Shown piece by piece: positions 55,801 through 64,000 of a DNA stretch of 64,000 nt. The translations under genes and the position numbers were made by a program. The notes below the pieces were generated by a model that was given only the letters and a program-made list of their open reading frames with translations, was not told where the DNA came from and made no database searches. The DNA is from Oopsacas minuta (Eukaryota; Animalia; Porifera), in the NCBI GenBank assembly GCA_024704765.1, contig JAKMXF010000033.1, positions 62,001-126,000 of the forward strand, written 5' to 3'. The stretch's first letter is position 1. Each line of letters opens with the position of its first letter.

Positions 55801-58800
55801 GAATAGCCAGCCCTAACACTCCACCGTAAAAATGCTTTAAAGAAGTTGGGGCTACTTCTGCGTTATACACAGGTACACAAATCTGACACATAGATGTATA
55901 CAGACCGATCAAAATCCTCCCTGCGATCATTGATACGTCATCATACGCTAATACTAGTAACATACTTCCTAAAATGCCCAGCTGTGAGTATATAATCAAA
56001 CTTGTCTTAATGCCGATCCATTGACTAATTGGTCCAGCGAAAATGGATCCGATTAAACCCCCTACATTGAGTGTACTCCCGAAAATAAGATAGGTGTTAA
56101 TTGTAAACACCCCTCTATTAAGTAGGTCATCTTCTATCGGTGACGTATAACTCATCATATAAGAAAATGCGACAAATCCAATTGTAGTTATACTGAATGC
56201 GTGAAGCACTCTTGTTGATTTGATTATTGATTTTAGAGACATTTTGTGTGGAGGATAGATAATTTTATTCAATTCCACCCTTTATGTGTTGTACACAAAT
56301 CATGTGTTTATATCTTATGGGTTTCATACTGTTTATAAATATGGGAAATATTATATGAGATTTTTGTCACCTAATGAATTTTTGATTTTATCTTCATTGT
56401 AATTATTATTATTATTATTATTATTAGGCTCAAAGCAGGTATCAGAGTTTGAACCTGAGATAGCATCACTCATCGGGGGCTACACACCTGAACCTCCTGT
56501 ATGGGAAGAGAAGGATAGACAGACTTCTTTTATATCAGAAAAAGGAGACATACAAGTAGAGAAAGAGCCTCTGTCCAGAGGTTAGTTATATTTCTTAGCT
56601 ATTTATATAATCATCAAGGTTTGTAGCATTAATTAGCATATAATGACAGGATATATATGATGTATCAAATATTGTTACCTCCGAGGGGCTTGTGCATACT
56701 CTGGGAGAGCTGGTGAACTGCTGGAGAGAGAGTAGGGCTGTGTCCAATGGGATTAACCGCCTCAACGTATTGGTTCTGATCCTGTTTTGACGGTAAGGCT
56801 ACATGTTGTCTGTCATTAGGACTGTGAATAGGAGAATTTGCTAGTGAGCTTAAGCCGTAATCTGATTCTGTAGAGTTTGTATCTTGTAAAATATTTGCAT
56901 TTCCGTAGTAGAAAGATTCCCCATCACTATCTCCTCTAATCATAGGAGTAATCTCGTCCTTTGTCGGTTTAGAGACTGTCTTCTTTCTCTTAGGTTTCCC
57001 TTTACCTCTACGAATAGATATCTTCAGTCTTATATAGAGTACAGTTATTATTAGAAGTATTATTCCGAATATCCCAGCTAATATATACCCTAATAATCTT
57101 CCTACAGTTCCTACTATCATATTATGGTGTTCCTCTGATATTTGTCCTATAGCCATATCCATATAATCACCCACCATTCTCATAGGATCAGATGGATCAA
57201 GCTCATTTTCTGTATTCTCATTATCACTATCACTGGCTCTATATCTGTTACCTATTATTACAGGTAGAGATGCCTCACTGATAGAATACATGAGAGATCC
57301 ATTCATACTAGAGTACGAATAAGCTACTAGAAGGAACGAATATTTACTGCCTTTCTTCCATAGTTTTGGGTCGAGGGGTGTATTGAATGTTATATTTATA
57401 GGGAGCATTAATTGGTCCAACCGGTATACTTGAAATGGAACGGGTGCATTGGTCTGTTTAGCTATCAGCTGATGATGAACTGATGATGGTTTCTTCCCTA
57501 GGGAATCTTTAAATTGAGGTATTATCGTGCTTGGATCGAATTCAGGTTTGTATATTTCTCGACCAAATGTGTCCGTATGCATAATCAATGGGAGAGCTAC
57601 TAAATCGTAGAATTCTGGTTTCCCCTCTCTTGCATTTGATGGTGTTATGTAAAGAGAGAATTCCTTTGTGACCTTTCCGTTGTCAGTTATATGTGCGTTA
57701 CCTTGTAATTGAGGGGCAGGGGGAGATGTTGGTCTTCCGGCTATCGTCTTGAATACAGCGTCATTTATAGATCTGATTATTTTATCTTTAAACTGACCGT
57801 CTAGAGCACATTTATACTCTAAATATGGTGACAGACCGTTCAGCATTAAACTATTCTCATTCTTTGATTTTAGTTTATGTGTGAATGTCTGTACAACTCT
57901 TCTAACCATTATCCCACCAAAACTTCCTATGTATGAGTGACTACCCCAGCAGGTGACTAACAAACTCCCTCCGACCTCCAGCTGTCCATGAACAGCTGAG
58001 AGCAATAAATATGTAGATGTCTCTTTTGTCATAGAGGCCATTATAGATACAGAAATTAGACTAGCTTCGGACATTACCTGAGGTGGTGTTATCACTTCAT
58101 TTACAATTGGTATTAGCATACTACAGCTAGTGGATTCTATCTCTGAGTTAGTTGTAGCTGTACATACTCTAGTACATACTGTACTCATTGTAGTAACTCT
58201 GAACTCTGCACTAAGGTCTTGAGGACTCACTAGTACTCTCATTTCCCTCTTAAGAGCGGAAGGATAGTCACAATTGGAGAAAAGACCGACGTGAAATGTA
58301 AGACCTTTTGATTTGAATGGGTACCTCCAATGGACAGTTATTTTGTCCTTTGTTGTGTAGGCGCCAATTGTATTTATTGGGACCTTTTTAGGGTCCTGTA
58401 TGGGGTGAAGGGAAGGACCTATGTATCTTGCTTGAGATAATTTATCTTCGAATTGTATTTCTACTTCTTTTGAACATATCTCCGGGATTTTCTTCCTCTT
58501 TTCATCTCCACAAATAGAAACATAATGCTTGATAGAATAATCCAATCCTTCTATCAAATATTTTCTGCTTTTTAAACTTATTTTATTTGTTGTTTCAATC
58601 CATTCTTTGTTTCTTAGAAATCTTATTTTTATTAGAAAACTTTTTGTGAAGTCTAATTTTCCCTTATGAGTCCATTTTATTGTTACTCCACTGTGAACTT
58701 CATTCTCTAAGTTAGGGAATTGTACATCCACGATATTGATTGCAGTTAGGTCCGGGGGGATAGGAAATGTCCTCTCCTTGCAAATATTTGGGTTCGCTTT

Positions 58801-61234
58801 GTTACCAAACTGCCGTGACGGTACCTTAACGTATACAACTCTTGTGCAGACTACTCGTCCCTTCTTGCCCTCTGCACACACGGATATTTTGTTAGCACTG
58901 CCTAGAACAGGATTTCTAAGCATTCTTTCTCGTTTCATTTTTGATACCCTTAATACCTCTTCTCTCCAGTACCCCTTCTTTTTCGTGTCAGACCAATCGT
59001 AAAATGTATTTTTTACCAAAAATCTTCTCAGCCTATTCACATCGTTTGCATAATTCCAAGTTATTAGCAGGTCTTTACGGCAAGGACGGAAGTTCTTCCA
59101 AGTTTGTTCCTTCAATTCTGGAGTTGGAAATATTTCAATTTCTGCATAAGTCACACACAAAATTGTGAATAATAACAACTGACGTAACATAATAACATTA
59201 ATATTTATGATATTTTCCTATTTATACTTTTTCCAAATATCCTCAACCAATCAGATCCTGTCCTATCGGACTATCTAAACTCTGGAAATTGATTGGTTGC
59301 TATTTTTAGGTTTCACAGAGGACTTCCCTAATGCAGAATATTTGTGTCCTGACCAGCAGCAACGAACAAAGTACAATTATTATTCGAGAAATATTCCTGC
59401 GTTTCCTGATAAGTTTACTTTCAATATTATGCCAGAACATAAATACCTCAGTATTGTTCTATGGTGAGACAGGAGATGGGATAGGCACCTAGATCAGTGG
59501 TTCTCACCTTGCGGTCAATGGGGGTGGCCCACGGGGTGAAAAGCCTTGGAACCGCTGATCCATAAAGAGTTATATATATATGTATGTATTTCCCGTGTAG
59601 GTACGATTCCCCTGAGATAGTAGATGCAGCACTAGCTGGTCACGTTACAATACCCTTAAGTGATATATCTGTAGAATGTATAGCTACGTCATCTGGTAGA
59701 CATACTCAGAGATATGTGTTAGTTCCTGTTAACCCACTCAGACCTGGTATGAGTAAAACTCATGCTAGACAGATAGCCTCTGCTAATGGTAAGTTATGTC
59801 CCATTTCTTGAAGAAATGACAAAACTACCCATATGTGTATATAGATCAGATTTCTAAGCCTTGGTTAGCACCTGGAGTAGCCAACAAACACGCACAATTT
59901 GCTGGAGATATTCTCCTGTGTTTCTCTCATACTCCTAAGTACTTGAAGCGAGAGGATAAGCCTGAGTATACCACATGGAGTAGACCCATAGCTCTAGCTA
60001 GAGCTAGACAGAGAGAAAGGGAGAGAGATAGCGAACCTACCGTACCAGGCGAAGTAGACGCTAAACACATACCAAATGTAATTACATTATACAGATGCCC
60101 GCTACGCTTATTTCCTTTACAAAAACTGTATAATTTTGCACAAATCGGCCAATATTACACTACCTTCAGTGGTGTATCGGACATATTTCTATTCGTAAAG
60201 AGTTTGATAATACTCAACTGCTATATTAATTCCACTCGAGTTATCAAAGTAATTCTAAACAGGAAATTGACCAGTTTGAGCCGGTATTGAACTCAGGCGC
60301 TTGCCGCCCCTGCGCCTTATATTCCATTAGAGGGTTGTTTAATATTATACTGGGTATCTACAGGGCTTATCATCTAACTTAGAAGAGTTCGATTCATCAT
60401 ACGATGCTTTGGCAACAGAACACGATACTATAACACAACAAGATGATAACAAACTAATTCACACCTTTATAACACTCACAACACCCAATCAATCAGAACA
60501 TGACATTTGTAAGATATGTTACTGTGAATTGAGGTCAGATTCAATTTCAAAGTGTCAACAATGTTCTCTTGTTTGTCATCAAAAATGTACCCCTAATGCT
60601 CACCATAAGATTGTGTGTAATGAGAAAACAAAGCTAAAGTAGGTACCGTGATTAGTTTCAGTCCCAATGTTGGTGTTACGCCTCCCCCTTTGTCTAGACA
60701 TCTGGACCAACACGCTCCTCTAGAAATGAGATTAAGCTATACAGTTATAGAGGCTGAAGCTGAGAAAGTTCTCATTTCTATTCCGTCAATACCTGGACAG
60801 CAGAATGAGGTTATAGCTGATACTTCAAGGTTCCAAGTATGCTAATTATATGTTAGAATTATTATATTATAGAAAGCACATGTAAATTTTAGAGTGGGGA
60901 AAGTTGTTATTTGTACATAGCAGTTTTGAAAATTTGTTGACTTATATGAATCTCCTCTAAGGGACAACCACTAGCAGATCGTCTAACAGCTTACAGAGAA
61001 CATATACTAATGCTAAAACGGAATCTTGATACACATGAAGAAGTAGTAAATGACCTCAAACAGCAGCTAACTCCTCCCTGTCTCCCTGAGCATTTAAAGC
61101 CTATTAAAGCACAACTCACGAATATAGAAGACAAGCAGAGAGCAATTGCTACTCTGTTGTTACAATATTGTGAAGGATTAAAGATATTAGAAACTGTAAC
61201 TATAACTGGAAGTGGATCAGAGCAAGATGACTAA
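52853..61234 (+). CDS. PDZD8: PDZ domain-containing protein 8 (TM-SMP-C2-PDZ-C1-coiled coil), multi-exon
   Basis: N-terminal TM; SMP domain (ETCQWVN..FLFQELR; VRLQFSREPYTHWSVAF..IRKKHTLPYYKVR); PDZ (SPAYNAGVMKGDFVFFIN); second C2 part (FTFNIMPEHKYLSIVLW-YDS..GHVTIPL); C1 (CKIC..CQQCSLVCHQKC); terminal coiled coil ending at 61234. Confidence 0.9.
53542..53676. mobile_element. pogo/Tigger-like MITE in a PDZD8 intron
   Basis: TIRs CAGTCAACTC / GAGTTGACTG, with TA on the left and CA (likely decayed TA) on the right. Related fragments at 52480-52625, 54469-54510 and 61323-61400. Confidence 0.68.
54845..56242 (-). CDS. MFS sugar porter (SLC2A8/SLC2A6/Tret1-like), single exon, nested antisense in a PDZD8 intron
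   Basis: Multiple TM helices with GRILIG, VPVYNAEVAP, LPESPTWL and GWGSLGW motifs. First ATG at 56242. Confidence 0.92.
   Translation of the reverse strand: MSLKSIIKSTRVLHAFSITTIGFVAFSYMMSYTSPIEDDLLNRGVFTINTYLIFGSTLNVGGLIGSIFAGPISQWIGIKTSLIIYSQLGILGSMLLVLAYDDVSMIAGRILIGLYTSMCQICVPVYNAEVAPTSLKHFYGGVLGLAIRFGMLLSYTLGIWIGYRWLAVIYIIMIVFMNLNLVFLPESPTWLRNKGWTEEADKASEYFYDFPQEIQNESDRSDNDVTPLNTSCSHTSLQIFSENSSISPTINPNEKLSQKVANYFIWPVWRPLLVCCSIQMFKTFSGHQYLLAYTAHTLDNAVGINPRIASLFYPVFLIIGAVLFIWTIHKANWKRLLLVTTFAQVLVNAIMGIILYLSIKHYDCASNDTDIIMCEVLMFLPLPLIGCFGFLFGMGWGSLGWWVFGQLLHPYYTRISAGITAFTFLLGCTINQLTGPLIAEYFETYTLFFTYAISCLIGFIIQLFY
56665..59190 (-). CDS. Type I membrane protein with fibronectin type III repeats and an RPTP-like juxtamembrane domain, no catalytic domain; single exon, nested antisense in PDZD8
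   Basis: Signal peptide MLRQLLLFTILCVTYA; FN3-like segments (VTIKWTH..GLDYSIKHYVSIC; ITVHWRYP; LMLNGLSPYLEYKC); TM YILAGIFGIILLIITVLYI; a tail of about 120 aa. Confidence 0.8.
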   Translation of the reverse strand: MLRQLLLFTILCVTYAEIEIFPTPELKEQTWKNFRPCRKDLLITWNYANDVNRLRRFLVKNTFYDWSDTKKKGYWREEVLRVSKMKRERMLRNPVLGSANKISVCAEGKKGRVVCTRVVYVKVPSRQFGNKANPNICKERTFPIPPDLTAINIVDVQFPNLENEVHSGVTIKWTHKGKLDFTKSFLIKIRFLRNKEWIETTNKISLKSRKYLIEGLDYSIKHYVSICGDEKRKKIPEICSKEVEIQFEDKLSQARYIGPSLHPIQDPKKVPINTIGAYTTKDKITVHWRYPFKSKGLTFHVGLFSNCDYPSALKREMRVLVSPQDLSAEFRVTTMSTVCTRVCTATTNSEIESTSCSMLIPIVNEVITPPQVMSEASLISVSIMASMTKETSTYLLLSAVHGQLEVGGSLLVTCWGSHSYIGSFGGIMVRRVVQTFTHKLKSKNENSLMLNGLSPYLEYKCALDGQFKDKIIRSINDAVFKTIAGRPTSPPAPQLQGNAHITDNGKVTKEFSLYITPSNAREGKPEFYDLVALPLIMHTDTFGREIYKPEFDPSTIIPQFKDSLGKKPSSVHHQLIAKQTNAPVPFQVYRLDQLMLPINITFNTPLDPKLWKKGSKYSFLLVAYSYSSMNGSLMYSISEASLPVIIGNRYRASDSDNENTENELDPSDPMRMVGDYMDMAIGQISEEHHNMIVGTVGRLLGYILAGIFGIILLIITVLYIRLKISIRRGKGKPKRKKTVSKPTKDEITPMIRGDSDGESFYYGNANILQDTNSTESDYGLSSLANSPIHSPNDRQHVALPSKQDQNQYVEAVNPIGHSPTLSPAVHQLSQSMHKPLGGNNI
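59495..59557. mobile_element. Possible tiny hAT-type remnant
   Basis: Imperfect inverted ends CAGTGGTTCTCA / TTGGAACCGCTG resemble hAT-Charlie termini, but there is no matching 8-bp TSD. Confidence 0.3.
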
Positions 61235-61322
61235 TGAATAGTTTGTAAATTTATTTTCATTAGTTGTCGTGTTAATTATGCAGCGGTTATATTATGTGGT
61301 GGAGTCCCGCTAATCAGTGCTA

Positions 61323-61400
61323 CAGTCAACTCCTGTTACATCGAACACGGATTTATCGAAAATTCCCGCTGTGTATCGAAGTAATTATCGCGGTCCCTTG
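61323..61400. mobile_element. Fragment of the same pogo-like MITE family
   Basis: Begins TA-CAGTCAACTCCTGTTACATCGAA and contains GTATCGAAGTAATTATCGCGGTCCCTTG, the reverse complement of the 53567-53595 core. Confidence 0.55.
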
Positions 61401-61505
61401 GGCTGTGTACCTGCTACCACGGCTATATGGTCACCTCACCCTTGTGTACCTTTAATTAGTATCTTATTATTCATTCCATCCACTAATACTGTAATTAGAT
61501 TAAAT

Positions 61506-62147
61506 ATGTCGTTTGAAGATGACACTACTACTGAACTTAAGGAATTCTTTAGCAGTAAGATTGACAAGATTCTGACAACCAAACTGGAGAGATTAGATAA
61601 GCTTGATGAAGTGTTTGAAGAAGTCAGTTTAATTCGATTAGAGAACAAAGAGCTTAGAGAACAAAATACTAAACTAACTCAACAGCTAGCTACTCTCAAG
61701 TTTGTTTGTTTGCTTGTTGTTTATTTGCTTATTTTGATGATTAATATTCTATAGTACAACACTACAAGGGTTCTGTAGTAAGGCTGGATCTGAACTTGAA
61801 GAGCTGAGAGAAGGACAGGCACACCTCCAGAATATGATTAATGAAGAAGCACAACAACAAGTTAATAATAAACAAACTGAAAAAGTTTCTAGAGACGAAT
61901 TAGCTACCAGCAAACCATCTAAAGGTAATGATATAAGTGTTACAATTGCATATACATATACTCTCCCATGGAGGCTTCTTCCTCACCTCCTCGGGGATTT
62001 TGTACTAATTTGAGTCTATTTTTAGGGACCAAAGATATTCCTGTCACTTACCAAAACTCCCAAACAGCATTGGACAACCCCAACAGAGTTCTAACCCCAT
62101 TAGAATCTAACCAATTAGATATCAGCGTTAAGGAGCAGACAATATGA
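61506..62147 (+). CDS. Small hypothetical coiled-coil protein, about 3 exons
   Basis: MSFEDDTTTELKEFF...ENKELREQNTKLTQQLATLK, then open exons near 61755-61922 and 62027-62147 bounded by GT/AG. Confidence 0.55.
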
Positions 62148-62270
62148 TTAGTATAAATAGGAGTGTTTTAATTTAATAATTTTTGTTTACTTTTCTTTAT
62201 TGATTTATTATTGTTTGTGTTTCTGTCAAATTGTTTATATTTATTATTATGATTGCTAAACAAACAAATA

Positions 62271-62994
62271 CTAATTCCACCATGTCAATAGTCCTAATCC
62301 CGGGTCGGTAATTTGGGCGTATAACTTGTAAGGAAGTTCTGTTTCCTTGTTATCGTCTTGTCCCTTTTTATCAACTGCTATATCAACAAACTTCTCCTTT
62401 GTTATACTAAATCTTATCGGCTCGCCTTTATCGATATACAAGTCGTGAGTATTATCTTCTACTTTATACTTCCAAACCCAAACCTGTTCATTCTCTTGCC
62501 ATACTGAGTCTTGTGGCAGACAATCTTGAGTAATTAGAATGTCATGGAAGAAATCTATAAACAAATAAACAAGTAAACAAACTTGTTTAGTTGCAAAGAA
62601 ATTTAGAATCGATTGCCCAGTTCCTTGCCCAACAATTGTTAAGAGATAGGAGGACAGTTATGTGGCCACTATATACATGTCCTCACTTACCTACATGTAC
62701 GTGTACTCCCTCATGTGTAGATTTGAACACGTGACCATTCAACACCTCCCCAATGAAGGGTCTAAACACAATAACTCTAAACTCAAGCGTAATGATGACG
62801 TCAGGTTGTCCAGGGAGTACAACAGGCTCTGTCATATCTAATATATCGAATAGTGCTATAACTAGTCCTATGTTATAGATGACTTTATTTCCATATTTGA
62901 TTGCGAGCTGGTCACGTAGATGCTTTGTCAGTTCCCAACCCAGTCTGTGTGGTGGTATCATGATGACGTCACGCATGTGTACCAGCTGGAACAT
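62271..62994 (-). CDS. POLR3H: RNA polymerase III subunit RPC8/RPC25, 2 exons
   Basis: MFQLVHMRDVIMIPPH..YGNKVIYNIGLVIALFDI..FRVIVFRPFIGEVL; DFFHDILI..EQVWVW..LYIDKGEPIRF..GLGLLTWW. Confidence 0.95.
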
Positions 62995-63818
62995 AGCTAT
63001 CATATGAAATATACTATTGTTAGTTCTGTAAATAATTAGATAATTTTGTACCTCAAACATTAACAGATTTATAATTACAATATAAGAGTATAATAAGACC
63101 AGTTCTTATGTTGCTAGGGTGAGTGATTCAGGAATGTCTGTAGCTCTATTATATGCCCTTGCTCTTGACTGTCTTCAAATCCTCCCAATTAGTTGTGATC
63201 GGCTTGCGGAGGTCGAGATCAGCTGATTGTCTGGAAGAAGTTAGTTAGGGGTGAGAGGGTCTGTCGGTATTAGCGTTCCATTCGTTAAAAATTTGTCTGG
63301 TAAATAATCCGTCATGGTTTCATGGCTTCTTCTTGGTTCTTTGTTGTTGTCCTTCCTTTCTTGTTCTCTTCGTTTCTTTCTTCAGCTGGTGATCTGGTGT
63401 TCTTCAACTCACAGCCCCAGACACTAGGCTGCAGAGGGACTATCACTAAGATATTCATATATTTTTCTTGCTATTATTTGCGATATAAATTGTTGTAGTT
63501 TAATATAACAAACAAACAATCAAACATTTGTCACTATTTCTTATATAATGGAATATAACTCAATTATAATTTTGAGGGCTATATATGATCAATAGTTATT
63601 CATATTTTCTTGTATGTTCGGATAATGCAAAAATAATTATTGCAGTAATCTAATAGAATTTCCATCACTAATATTTGAGGTATATACATATAGCTCTGTA
63701 ATGCGTAATGCGTCTTCTTTGAAAGACGTACGTACAACAACTTAGCTATTTTTTGTCTAAACTCCTAACCTTCCTCCTTTCATTATTTCGAGTATAAAAC
63801 TGTAGTTAGCTGTTTGCA

Positions 63819-64000
63819 ATGAGTTCTGATGCCATCGAGCTAGCAAGATTGAAAATGGAGAATGCCAAATTGACTAATCAGCTGCAAATAAGTAAAGAAG
63901 AGAAGGAAATAGATGCTGATATGATTAGATCTCTCAACAGAGAAGTAAACAAACTTAAGCTAATGTAAACAGTATTTATTTATTGTAATAATGTCGAATA
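63819..64000 (+). CDS. First exon of a probable coiled-coil protein (continues beyond the window)
   Basis: MSSDAIELARLKMENAKLTNQLQISKEEKEIDADMIRSLNREVNKLKL followed by a GTAAAC donor-like site at 63965. Could instead be a 49-aa ORF. Confidence 0.4.

Noticed and set aside
59835-60290. 151-aa ORF as a separate gene
   Set aside because: Its first part is a PDZD8 exon (AQFAGDILLCFSH) that reads through into an intron.

Overview
AT-rich, gene-dense eukaryotic (animal) genomic DNA with many short GT-AG introns that are often filled with (AAAC/GTTT)n tracts. The compact layout and the several single-exon NHL-repeat genes suggest an early-branching animal such as a glass sponge; this is inference and cannot be verified from the window. 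About 25 protein-coding genes are recognisable. In order: a partial membrane protein, ROCK, CYRI/FAM49, a PH-PTB (Dok/IRS-type) adaptor with polyQ, RCAN, an alpha2delta/CACHD1-family VWA-Cache protein, three NHL proteins, a folate-receptor-like protein, ATP6V1D, NDUFS5, cyclin B3, COX5B, ZDHHC5/8, two near-identical inverted GT10 fucosyltransferases, a shootin-1-like protein, an integrin alpha, PDZD8, a sugar transporter, an FN3/RPTP-like receptor without a phosphatase domain, POLR3H and several orphans. The most striking structure is nesting: each intron over about 800 bp that I could delimit (in ROCK, the adaptor, alpha2delta, cyclin B3, and two in PDZD8) contains whole, mostly intronless, ORFs. 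Also present are a 1.2-kb inverted gene duplication, a 660-bp foldback hairpin, two copies of a Tc1/mariner MITE, degenerate pogo-type MITEs and a dispersed 60-bp repeat carrying an RFX X-box-like motif. Exon boundaries were read by eye, so multi-exon gene ends are approximate.
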